NCBI GenBank assembly: GCA_050733075.1 | Contig: JBOHSD010000014.1 | Coordinates: 13-64,012 of the forward strand | DNA length: 64,000 nt | DNA from: Gemmatimonadales bacterium | GTDB taxonomy: Bacteria; Gemmatimonadota; Gemmatimonadetes; Gemmatimonadales; GWC2-71-9 | Direction: 5' to 3' | Shown here: piece after piece, positions 46,194 to 54,466 of the stretch | How positions within the stretch are numbered: the stretch's first letter is position 1 | How the letters are laid out: each line of letters begins with the position of its first letter | The notes under the pieces: model-generated | What the model saw: only the letters and a program-made list of their open reading frames with translations | The model's database searches: none | What the model was told of the DNA's origin: nothing | Translations under genes and position numbers: made by a program

Positions 46194-47219
46194 ATGTCAC
46201 GGCCGGTCTCCCGCCGCACCTTTTTGGGAGCGAGCGGTTTCGCGGCGGCAAGCGTTGCGTTGCCATCGATCCCTCCGGCGGTCCTCCGCGGGAGCGCGAG
46301 TCGACCGGCAGCGGTGAGCTCGGCCAACGGTCTCCCCGCGGTCAACCGCGCCATGGAGCTGATGCTTGGCGGCACCGACACGCTCGATGCGGCCGTGGAA
46401 GGCGTCAAGATCCAGGAGCTCGACCCGGCTGACAATTCGGTTGGCTACGGCGGCCTTCCCAACGAGGATGGCGTGGTTCAGCTGGATGCGTCGTGCATGC
46501 ACGGTCCGACTCGACGGGCAGGAGCGGTGGCGGCGCTGGAGGGGATCAAGACGCCGAGCGAGGTGGCGCGGCTGGTGCTCAAGTATACCGATCACATCAT
46601 GCTGGTGGGCGAAGGCGCCAAACGTTTCGCGCTCTCGTACGGCTTCAAGGACGAAGATCTGCTGACTCCCGAGTCGCGGCAGCTGTGGCTCACCTGGCGC
46701 GCCAACCGGGGGCCGGAGGACGACTGGCTCGACGTCCCCGAGGACGAGCCCATGGTGGCCCGGCCCACCGGCACGATCAATCTGAACCTGGTGAACTCGC
46801 GGGGCGAGGTCTCCTCCGTCACTACGACCAGCGGGCTGGCCTGGAAGATCCCGGGTCGCGCGGGGGACTCACCCATTGTGGGCGCGGGCCAGTATACCGA
46901 TAACGATATCGGGGCCGCCGGGTCCACCGGTCGGGGCGAGGCGAACATCCTGGCCTGCGGCGGGTTCTTGACCGTCGAGAACCTGCGGCGGGGACTCAAG
47001 GCGACCGATGCGTGCCTCGAGACGCTGAAGCGGGTGGTGCGGATCACTCCGCCCCGTCTGCTCCGGAATGGCCGCCCGACGTTCAATCTGAACTTTTATG
47101 CGGTGAGCAAGCAGGGCGACTTCGGGGCCGCGTCGCTCTATCCGGCTCGCTACGCGGCGCACGACGGCAAGGACGGAGCCCTGCGCGACACGGCCTACCT
47201 CTATCAGAGGCGGGCGTGA
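46194..47219 (+). CDS. Ntn-hydrolase of the asparaginase 2 family (isoaspartyl peptidase / glycosylasparaginase-like), Tat signal
   Basis: MSRPVSRRTFLGASGFAAAS is a twin-arginine signal. GTINLNLV holds the nucleophile Thr. GAAGSTGRGEANI. Confidence 0.85.
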   Translation: MSRPVSRRTFLGASGFAAASVALPSIPPAVLRGSASRPAAVSSANGLPAVNRAMELMLGGTDTLDAAVEGVKIQELDPADNSVGYGGLPNEDGVVQLDASCMHGPTRRAGAVAALEGIKTPSEVARLVLKYTDHIMLVGEGAKRFALSYGFKDEDLLTPESRQLWLTWRANRGPEDDWLDVPEDEPMVARPTGTINLNLVNSRGEVSSVTTTSGLAWKIPGRAGDSPIVGAGQYTDNDIGAAGSTGRGEANILACGGFLTVENLRRGLKATDACLETLKRVVRITPPRLLRNGRPTFNLNFYAVSKQGDFGAASLYPARYAAHDGKDGALRDTAYLYQRRA

Positions 47220-48361
47220 CGGGGCGGGTCGCTCTGCTCCTTCCCGTACTGCTCTGGGCTGCGCCGCTGGTGGCGCAGGAAGCCGAGGAGCGGGAGCGGA
47301 GCACGCCCTGGCGCACCAGTTACTTCCCCTATCTTACGGGCGGCACCAACGATGGACCGGTGCTCGCTTTCCGGGTCCATCACTGGCAACCCGCGCAGTA
47401 CGAAGACCGGGTCACCGCCAATGGGGCACTCACCGCCGACGCGGGCATCACCCATCGCGGCAGCCGCCACGCCTACGTCAAGTTCCGGGCCCCCCAGCTG
47501 CTGAACGGATGGCGGATCAACCTGCTCGGCGCCGCGGCGCGGGAGGCGCGCTTCGGCTACTTCGGGCTGGGAAACGATACCGAGTACAACGGAGATCTCG
47601 TCACCAGGACGCAGCCGTTCCTATACCGGGTCCGGCGAACCCGTTACACCGGGCAGGTCGAGGTCACCAAGCTGATCGGGGGGCCGCTGCAACTCGCCAT
47701 TCTGGGAAACCTGGAGAAGGCGCGGTTCACCTCGCTGCCCGGCCCCTCGTTGTTCCGCTCGGACTTCTCCACCGAGCTGGACCAGACCGATGCCTCGGGT
47801 CGACTGGCTTTCGTGTACGACACCCGGGATAACGAGTTCAACACCCATCAAGGACTTTTGCTCGAGGGTGGCGCGCAGATCGGCAGCGGGGGGAGTGGCT
47901 ATACCCGGCTGTATGCCATACTCCGAGGCTATGTCACTCCGCGCGAGGGCACCGTAGTGGCGACGCGGCTGGTCGCGTCGGGGATGGGGGGTGGCCCGAC
48001 GCTGGATGCGCGCTTCACCATTCCGGGTTGGGAAAAAGAGATCCCGGTGCTGGGGGGTCAGTACTCCCATCGCAGCTTCGATACCGGGCGCTTCGCCGGC
48101 CGCCACCTGATCTTTGGAAATCTAGAGGTCCGCCACGACCTTCTGGCGTTCGGCGATCTCGGCGCCATTACACTGCTGGGATTCGTCGATGCGGGGCGGG
48201 TGTTCGAGCAGGAGTCTTTCGGGCTGACCACCGATGGCGTGAAGGTGGGCGGGGGCGGCGGAGTGGCGCTCCGGATTCTCCGCTCGACCATATTCACCTT
48301 CAACTTTGCCGGCGGCCCGGACGGCTTCAACTATTCGGTGGGAACCGGGTGGATGTTCTAG
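47216..48361 (+). CDS. BamA/TamA-family outer-membrane protein (surface-antigen D15 beta-barrel only)
   Basis: The GTG at 47216 overlaps the upstream TGA (GTGA). Signal LLLPVLLWAAPLVAQ. C-terminal ...FNYSVGTGWMF aromatic terminus. Confidence 0.75.
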   Translation: MTGRVALLLPVLLWAAPLVAQEAEERERSTPWRTSYFPYLTGGTNDGPVLAFRVHHWQPAQYEDRVTANGALTADAGITHRGSRHAYVKFRAPQLLNGWRINLLGAAAREARFGYFGLGNDTEYNGDLVTRTQPFLYRVRRTRYTGQVEVTKLIGGPLQLAILGNLEKARFTSLPGPSLFRSDFSTELDQTDASGRLAFVYDTRDNEFNTHQGLLLEGGAQIGSGGSGYTRLYAILRGYVTPREGTVVATRLVASGMGGGPTLDARFTIPGWEKEIPVLGGQYSHRSFDTGRFAGRHLIFGNLEVRHDLLAFGDLGAITLLGFVDAGRVFEQESFGLTTDGVKVGGGGGVALRILRSTIFTFNFAGGPDGFNYSVGTGWMF

Positions 48362-48363
48362 AG

Positions 48364-48398
48364 GCGGGGAAGCGGGGGAGCGGGGAAGCGGGGAAGCG
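48364..48398. repeat. Tandem octamer array (GCGGGGAA x4) starting 2 nt after the TAG stop
   Basis: GCGGGGAA GCGGGGGA GCGGGGAA GCGGGGAA GCG, between convergent genes. No inverted partner seen. Confidence 0.8.
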
Positions 48399-48424
48399 AT
48401 GCTGTCGGAGGACGGGGTCCGCCC

Positions 48425-48961
48425 TCAAGCCACCTTCGCAACCGGGAACCCTGCGGTTTCCAGAACCTCGCGCAGCGTCGTCTCGCCGCGGTCGCGGGCA
48501 TACCACTGGCGGACCTTGGGATAGAGCTCGGTCTTAGGCATGGTGCCGAGGCTGGCCATGACCCAGGCCTGCAGCTCGGCCGGACGCGGCCCCCAGTGGC
48601 CGATCTCCTGGAACGACTCGTCCAGCGCGATCACGATGGGAATAGAGCGCGAGCCGTTGGTAAGGTACTGGTCCATCACCTCCGGATACGCGTCGCGCAT
48701 GATCACCCGCAGCTCGAGCCCGGGCACCAGGTCGGCCAGCCGGGCGACGACCGGCACGGTGTTTGAAGCGTCGCCGCACCAGTCTTCCGCGATGACCAGG
48801 AGCTTACGTTTCACCCCGGGAGGAACGGCTGCCGGCGCCCAGCCGGGAATTCGGGCCAGATTGTAGATCGCCTGCCAGAGCCCGCAGTGCTCAGCCTTGC
48901 ATACGGCGACGAACGCCTCGAAGGTGAGCGCGCTCTCCCACAATTTCCTGAAGTCCAGCAT
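48425..48961 (-). CDS. Thioredoxin-fold family protein
   Basis: LLVIAEDWCGDASNTVPVVARLA...IPIVIALD. ATG at 48961. Confidence 0.75.
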   Translation of the reverse strand: MLDFRKLWESALTFEAFVAVCKAEHCGLWQAIYNLARIPGWAPAAVPPGVKRKLLVIAEDWCGDASNTVPVVARLADLVPGLELRVIMRDAYPEVMDQYLTNGSRSIPIVIALDESFQEIGHWGPRPAELQAWVMASLGTMPKTELYPKVRQWYARDRGETTLREVLETAGFPVAKVA

Positions 48962-49045
48962 GTCTTTCTCCGGTAATAGGCGGCGGCGTTCCTCAAACAC
49001 CAGGTTACCCCGGAAGGTTCCCACCGCGCCGCCGCGCCGCCCACC

Positions 49046-50188
49046 TCAGGTCTCCTCTACCATGATTCCCCGTTTGGCCAGCTCAGAGACGTACTGGTCG
49101 AACGGGATCGCCTCATCCGGGGTGTGTACCCCCTTCGCCTTGACCCGGCCGTCCACCTGCATCTGCCCGGTAATGGACAGCGAGTAGCCGGTGGTCCGCA
49201 TCATGGCACTGATGCCGTGCTGGGCATCGTAGTAGTCGATCAGCCGGAAGGTGACCCGATGACGCTGGCCGCCCCTTTGTCCGGTGACCTGAACCTGGAG
49301 GGCGACGAGATCGCGACCCTCGGGCTTGTACAGCTTGGGGTGTACCGCGGCGATGAACAGGTCACGAGGCGCCACCTTCTTCCCCTTGACCTCGATTGGC
49401 GCGTTGGACAGGAGGCCGAGCTCGCGTATGGGGCGCATGATGGCGACGTGACCGGGGTAGCGAAGCGTCTTGTACTCCATTACGTCGATCTTGCCGGCAT
49501 AGGCAAATGGCAGCGTGCTGATGCCGCCGCCGGTGTGGAACGCCTCCAGGGTGCCGACCGGCGCCGGGAACTCCACCGGCTCCACCTCGCTCAGGGCCTC
49601 GACCTGTACCGGCTTGCCACCCCTGAGGACCCAGGAGGGGGTGGTGTAGTAGTCGAGCGCACCCTCGAGGGAATACACGAGCTGATAATTGAGCGGGGGC
49701 TCGGGGCTCTGGGGCAGGCCGCCGACGAAGATCTTCACCCTTTCGGCCCGGTCGACCCGCCGGATTCCCTCGGCGGCCAGAATATTTACCATTCCAGGCG
49801 CCAGGCCGCAGTCGGGAATCACGGATACACCCCGGGCCCATGCCTGCTGGTGCAGCTTCTTCTGCTCCAGCACGATGTCGGTGTTGCCGCCAAGATCGGA
49901 GAAGTGGCAGCCGCACTCGATGGCGGCTCTTGCCATGGCGCCGTTGTAGTAGTACGGGATGGCGCTCATGACCGCGGCCTGACCATCGAACGCCGCGTGC
50001 ACCGCCGCAGAGTCGGTGACGTCCAGTTTCAGGGTGCGTAGGCGCCCCTTCCAGTCTTCCGCCAGAAACCGGGGCAGCTTCTCGGGGCGCAGATCGGCCA
50101 GCGTAACCTGACCAACCGCCGGATTCTGGAGGAGGTCGTAGGCGCAGGCGCACCCCTGGAGTCCGGCACCGAGGACCAGCAGTTTCAT
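49046..50188 (-). CDS. Saccharopine dehydrogenase-family NAD(P) oxidoreductase
   Basis: MKLLVLGAGLQGCACAYDL is a Rossmann motif. A Sacchrp_dh C-terminal-type sequence follows. ATG at 50188. Confidence 0.85.
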   Translation of the reverse strand: MKLLVLGAGLQGCACAYDLLQNPAVGQVTLADLRPEKLPRFLAEDWKGRLRTLKLDVTDSAAVHAAFDGQAAVMSAIPYYYNGAMARAAIECGCHFSDLGGNTDIVLEQKKLHQQAWARGVSVIPDCGLAPGMVNILAAEGIRRVDRAERVKIFVGGLPQSPEPPLNYQLVYSLEGALDYYTTPSWVLRGGKPVQVEALSEVEPVEFPAPVGTLEAFHTGGGISTLPFAYAGKIDVMEYKTLRYPGHVAIMRPIRELGLLSNAPIEVKGKKVAPRDLFIAAVHPKLYKPEGRDLVALQVQVTGQRGGQRHRVTFRLIDYYDAQHGISAMMRTTGYSLSITGQMQVDGRVKAKGVHTPDEAIPFDQYVSELAKRGIMVEET

Positions 50189-50237
50189 TCCTACCCCGTT
50201 GGAAAAGTCCCCGAACATACTCGGGAGAGTGGGAGGG

Positions 50238-50396
50238 GTGAAGGCCGTGAACGGTGAACGGTAAACGGTTAACGGGTACATGATTGCGGGAGAATGGTGA
50301 ACCGGCCCATCCCTTCCCCCCGTTCACCGTTCACCGTTCACCGTTCACCGTTTACCGTTCACCGTTCACCGTTTACCGTTCACCGTTCACCGTTCA
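50238..50396. repeat. Inverted heptamer-array element (GTGAACG family) in the divergent SDH/TetR intergenic region
   Basis: Left arm: GTGAACG GTGAACG GTAAACG GTTAACG (50247-50274), plus GTGAAGG at 50238 and GGTGAACC at 50297. Right arm 50320-50396 is 11 uninterrupted units (9 CCGTTCA, 2 CCGTTTA). Confidence 0.9.
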
Positions 50397-50432
50397 CGCC
50401 CTTCATCTCTCACCTCTTACATTCATCATCAC

Positions 50433-51035
50433 ATGTCGCCCCCTGGCCCTTCCAATCCCCGCCGCAACGGCACCGCCACCCGCCAGCGGCTCCTGCGCGC
50501 GGCGGCGGAGCTCTACACCACCGTGGGTTACCGGGCGACCACTACCCCGGAGCTCGCCGCCCGCGCCGGAGTGGCGGAGGGGACGATATACCGGCACTTC
50601 AAGGGCAAGGAGAGCCTGCTGAACGAGGTCTACCGCGATGCGCAGCAGCGGGGGGCGGAGCTGGTCCGCGAGGTGGACACCTACAAGGCGCTACCACCGC
50701 GTGAGCGATTGCTCGGCGTTGCCAGGCGCCTCGTGGACGAGGCGAAGACCGACCCCGCGAGGATGCGGATGCTGCTGCAGAGCCGGGAGGAGCGTCTTCT
50801 GGACGAGCAGAGCCGGGAAGCAGGACGCGAATTTCAGGAGGCGCTACAGCAGATCGTTGCCGGCGGCAAGGCGGACGGGAAAGTGCGTTCCGGCCCGGCC
50901 GACCTCTGGGCCTCGATCTGGCTGGCGCTGGTAGGGTTTGCGGCAGAGCGGGTGAGCGCAGGTGAGTGGACCCCGGAGCATCCGCAGGTGGCGCTGACGC
51001 TGGAGGCGGCCTGGGATGCGATCTCGGCGAGATGA
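50433..51035 (+). CDS. TetR-family transcriptional regulator
   Basis: RQRLLRAAAELYTTVGYRATTTPELAARAGVAEGTIYRHFKGKESLL. Confidence 0.9.
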   Translation: MSPPGPSNPRRNGTATRQRLLRAAAELYTTVGYRATTTPELAARAGVAEGTIYRHFKGKESLLNEVYRDAQQRGAELVREVDTYKALPPRERLLGVARRLVDEAKTDPARMRMLLQSREERLLDEQSREAGREFQEALQQIVAGGKADGKVRSGPADLWASIWLALVGFAAERVSAGEWTPEHPQVALTLEAAWDAISAR

Positions 51036-51051
51036 GGAGTTTTTCTCCCGC

Positions 51052-51810
51052 TCACCGCTCCCGTCTCCCCTCAAAAAACGTCAGCTGCCTCGGCCGGGCC
51101 GGCAGATTCGACCACGCGGGCCGGCGGGGACGCCCTGGGCCCAGGGGCCGGACCTCGAGCCTATCGTTCACGAAGTATCCCACCGAATCACTCCCCCAGC
51201 GCACCGGGTCACGCGCGCCGCGGGCGAGGAGACCGGGCGCTCCGGTATCCGCCACCACGCACAGGTCGCCACCCGTCTCACACGGCACCGCCCGGGCGAA
51301 CACCGGGTCGCCCAGCAGCACCGCCAGGCTCGACTCCGCGCGCGCGCGTTCGCCGGCCGGCACCGCCCGGGCATCCCGGGCCGCGGGCGGCGAGCCGACC
51401 CGATAAAGGCCGTTAGCCGTCGAGACGATCACCGATTGTCCACCCCGCTCCCAGCCGACTCGCAGGGGCTGTCCAGCGCCCCTGGGCAGCCGGAGCTCGC
51501 GTTCCCCACCGCTCAGCAGGCTCATGACCCAGACGGTGGCAGGGGTAGAGTCGTTGACCGATGCACTGCGGAAGAACGCCAACCTGGCGCCGTCGGGCGA
51601 GAGGGCCGGCCTCAGCTCGGCGATGTTGCTGAAGGTGACCCGGACCGGGGAGCCCCCCTGGGGACGCGCAGCATAGAGATCACCATTGAGACCGCCACCA
51701 ACGAAGACGGCATATGGGTCTCGCCCGACCTCCATCTGGCCGCGGAGCGGAGGGAGCGTGGGATCGCAGGCGGTCAGAAGTAAGAGGTGAGAAGTGAGAA
51801 GGGTTGTCAC
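51052..51810 (-). CDS. TolB-like beta-propeller (PD40 repeat) protein, possibly a lipoprotein
   Basis: LRPALSPDGARLAFF is a PD40 motif. Putative GTG start at 51810 gives VTTLLTSHLLLLTAC, a lipobox-like signal encoded by the heptamer array. Alternative ATG at 51735 has no signal. Confidence 0.55.
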   Translation of the reverse strand: MTTLLTSHLLLLTACDPTLPPLRGQMEVGRDPYAVFVGGGLNGDLYAARPQGGSPVRVTFSNIAELRPALSPDGARLAFFRSASVNDSTPATVWVMSLLSGGERELRLPRGAGQPLRVGWERGGQSVIVSTANGLYRVGSPPAARDARAVPAGERARAESSLAVLLGDPVFARAVPCETGGDLCVVADTGAPGLLARGARDPVRWGSDSVGYFVNDRLEVRPLGPGRPRRPAWSNLPARPRQLTFFEGRRER

Positions 51811-51933
51811 CCTGAGGGCGCGGCCGCGCCCGAGGGGCCGGAGCTTGAATTGTGCTTCGGCCCCCTCGCCTGCGCTGCGCTTCGGCTCAGGGTGACACCG
51901 CATTCCCCTCACTTCTTACTTCTCACCTCTCAC
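51773..51933. repeat. Composite element: GTGAGAA-family heptamer arms flanking a GTCACCCTGAG...CTCAGGGTGAC REP-like palindrome
   Basis: Left arm GTCAGAA GTAAGAG GTGAGAA GTGAGAA (51773-51800). Palindrome arms at 51806-51816 and 51886-51896 enclose the internal palindrome GGCGCGGCCGCGCC and the hairpin CGAGGGGCCG/CGGCCCCCTCG. Right arm CCCTCAC TTCTTAC TTCTCAC CTCTCAC (51906-51933). Confidence 0.85.
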
Positions 51934-53511
51934 TGTGCTTTTGAGCAGCCACCAGCCGTGGGGATCGACCTGGATGCTGGCGGGCTTCCGCCTGATTCCC
52001 TCGAGCACCTTGCGGGTCTTCCTTCCCTCGATCGCCACCCGCACCGGTTTTCCATCAACCAGTAGCTCGAGAGCCGGGATTCGATAGGCGCCCCACTCCG
52101 GCTTTTGGATCTGCTCGATCTCGAGCGTCAGCTTCCCTCCCTGGTGACGCCAGTGGATCTCCAGCACCGGATAGCCCGGCTGAGTCAGCGCCTGCCGGAA
52201 GTACCACTCGAGATCCTGCCCCGCGGTCTGGGACATTACCCGGGCGAAATCGCCGGAGAGCGCGGTACTGTCCTTATAGGCCGAGTAGTAGCGCCGCAGC
52301 CCGCCGAAGAAGGTGGAGTCTCCCAGGATACCACGGAGCTGATGCAGTACCCACGCACCTTTCTCGTAGCTGTTGCTGTTGAGCAGCCCGAGCAGATCGG
52401 ACGTCGCAGTATCTACCACCGGCCGCTCGCTGGCGGGGGAGTCGAGAATCTCGGCTGCCGCTCCCGCCATTCTGGAGCGGAAGGCGCTGTCGCCCTCGGC
52501 GTGAGCGGTCCAGAGGGCGGAGAGATAGGTGGCGAACCCTTCCGACAGCCAGAGATGCGGCCAGTCCAACGGGGTGACCGAGTTGCCGAACCACTGATGC
52601 CCGGTCTCGTGGGCTACCAGCGCCTCGTTCAGCTTCTTGCTCCGGTAGAGCTTCTCGTCGTAAAAGATCGCAGTGGCGTTCTCCATGCCGCCGAACCTGG
52701 TGCTCGACTCGACGTGGGCCAGGCTGGGATAGGGAAATGGAGCGATCAGCCGGCTGAAGTACTCCAGCATCTCGCCGGCCCGCCGGAAGGCCCTGGTAAC
52801 AGCGTAGGCCGAGTCGAGGGGGTAGGTCCAGACGGTGAGCGGCACGCACTTGATCGCGCAGGCAGCGTCCGGCAGAGCGGTACGGGCGAACTTGCCGACG
52901 CCCGCCACCATGGTGTATACCGGCACCGGAGTGTCCAGGCGGTAGTGCCACATCGCGCTGCCGTAGGGCAGCGTGTCGATTTTCTCCAGCACGCCGTTAG
53001 CGATCACCTGGTGCTCGATAGGCACCTCGACGTGAAATGCGACAGTCGCCTTGTCGCTGGGGTGATCGCGGGAAGGGAGCCAGAGGTGAGCCCGGTTGGG
53101 CCAGTTGTCGGCGAACAGGGTGCGCTGGCCGTATTGGTTGTTGCGAATGATCAGCCCATCGCGGGTGAAGCCGCGGTAGCGCACCCGGGTGCTGATCGAA
53201 TCGCCCGGCTGCTTTTGATGCGGGATAGCAATGTAGTCCTCCGACCGGCCATACATGGTGCGGGAGAGCCGGGTGTTGGGTTTACCGTCCACCAGAACCC
53301 GGATCACCCGCATGGCGGAGTCGAGCTGCATCGTCACCGGCTCGGCGGAGCGGAGCCGCCATGTGGTCTGCACTTCGCCTAGGACGTGGGTGCCGGTGTC
53401 GCTGGGCACGAGGGTGATGTCGTAGTGCAGCGCGTCATGCACCGCGCCGACCGAGTCGGCCCAGGCGGCGAGGGGAGACTGGGATTGCAACAGGAGAATC
53501 AGGGGGAGCAT
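51916..53511 (-). CDS. M1-family zinc aminopeptidase (aminopeptidase N-like)
   Basis: GGMENAT, HETGHQWFGNSV (HExxH), and WLSEGFATY. The last codons (VRGEK) and the TAA stop lie inside the heptamer array. Confidence 0.9.
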   Translation of the reverse strand: MLPLILLLQSQSPLAAWADSVGAVHDALHYDITLVPSDTGTHVLGEVQTTWRLRSAEPVTMQLDSAMRVIRVLVDGKPNTRLSRTMYGRSEDYIAIPHQKQPGDSISTRVRYRGFTRDGLIIRNNQYGQRTLFADNWPNRAHLWLPSRDHPSDKATVAFHVEVPIEHQVIANGVLEKIDTLPYGSAMWHYRLDTPVPVYTMVAGVGKFARTALPDAACAIKCVPLTVWTYPLDSAYAVTRAFRRAGEMLEYFSRLIAPFPYPSLAHVESSTRFGGMENATAIFYDEKLYRSKKLNEALVAHETGHQWFGNSVTPLDWPHLWLSEGFATYLSALWTAHAEGDSAFRSRMAGAAAEILDSPASERPVVDTATSDLLGLLNSNSYEKGAWVLHQLRGILGDSTFFGGLRRYYSAYKDSTALSGDFARVMSQTAGQDLEWYFRQALTQPGYPVLEIHWRHQGGKLTLEIEQIQKPEWGAYRIPALELLVDGKPVRVAIEGRKTRKVLEGIRRKPASIQVDPHGWWLLKSTVRGEK

Positions 53512-53519
53512 AGCAAAGC

Positions 53520-53632
53520 GTAAACGGTAAACGGTGAACGGTGAACGGTGAATGGAAGGCTGCTGTACCCCGGCACGTGAACGGGAGGTGAGCGGCCCGT
53601 TTACCGTTTACCATTCACCGTTCACGGTTTCA
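53520..53632. repeat. Inverted heptamer-array element (GTGAACG family) between the dienelactone hydrolase and M1 peptidase genes
   Basis: Left arm: GTAAACG x2, GTGAACG x2, GTGAATG (53520-53554), plus an extra GTGAACG at 53577. Right arm: CCGTTTA x2, CCATTCA, CCGTTCA, CGGTTTCA (53597-53632). The upstream TGA at 53630-53632 abuts the array. Confidence 0.9.
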
Positions 53633-54466
53633 TTTGCCCAGCCGTGCCGTGAAGAACTCCAGGATTCGCCCCCACGCCTTCTCCCGCTCCGGCGTGTCGT
53701 ACCCATCCCGGCCCGGCTTCAGGAACCCGTGGCCGGTGCCCGGGTAAACCTCCGAGTTGTAAGTCTTTCCGGCCGACTGCATCGCGGCGGTCACGTCGGG
53801 CAGGTTGGCGTTGATCCGCTCGTCGTTCTCGCCGTAGATGCCGAGCACCGGGGCCTTGATGCGCTTCATGGAGGTCGGGTCGGGAGCGGGGCCGTAGGCG
53901 ACGACCGCGGCCCGGAGATTCGGGTTGTTGGTGGCATAGCGGAAGCTCTGTCCCCCACCCCAGCAGAACCCGATCACTCCGATCTGGTCCGTGGCCACTG
54001 CCGGCAGACCATTCACGTAGGCGTGGGCCGCATCGAGATCGGCGGTGACCCGCTCGGGCTCGAGCTGGCCTATCAGCTTTCGTCCCGAATCGGCATCGGC
54101 CGGCGTGATACCGTGCTTCGAGGAGAGCAGGTCGGGAACGATCGCGACGAAGCCCTCTTTGGCCAACCGGTCGGCCACGGTCGGCTCCCAGTCGGTCAGC
54201 CCATAGATCTCGTGTATGACGATGATGGCCGGCGCCTTGGTGTCCCGCTCGGGGTATGCGACGTAGGCCCGAATGGAGTCTCGGCCTCGCTTGATCGAGA
54301 CCCATTCGCCGTGGGTGGTCACCGGAGCCTGCGCAGATGAGGAGGGAGCCGTCACCGCTTTATCGCTTCCGCTGTACATCCAGATCAGCGCCGCGCCCAC
54401 CAGCAGGAGCACCAACACCAGGGCCGCTGAAACAGCGCCGCTGCCACGGGAGCCGTGCTGCATCAT
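53630..54466 (-). CDS. Dienelactone hydrolase-family protein, membrane-anchored or secreted
   Basis: N-terminal TM segment. IVIHEIYGLTDW and GVIGFCWGG (nucleophile elbow). PGTGHGF. Confidence 0.9.
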   Translation of the reverse strand: MMQHGSRGSGAVSAALVLVLLLVGAALIWMYSGSDKAVTAPSSSAQAPVTTHGEWVSIKRGRDSIRAYVAYPERDTKAPAIIVIHEIYGLTDWEPTVADRLAKEGFVAIVPDLLSSKHGITPADADSGRKLIGQLEPERVTADLDAAHAYVNGLPAVATDQIGVIGFCWGGGQSFRYATNNPNLRAAVVAYGPAPDPTSMKRIKAPVLGIYGENDERINANLPDVTAAMQSAGKTYNSEVYPGTGHGFLKPGRDGYDTPEREKAWGRILEFFTARLGK

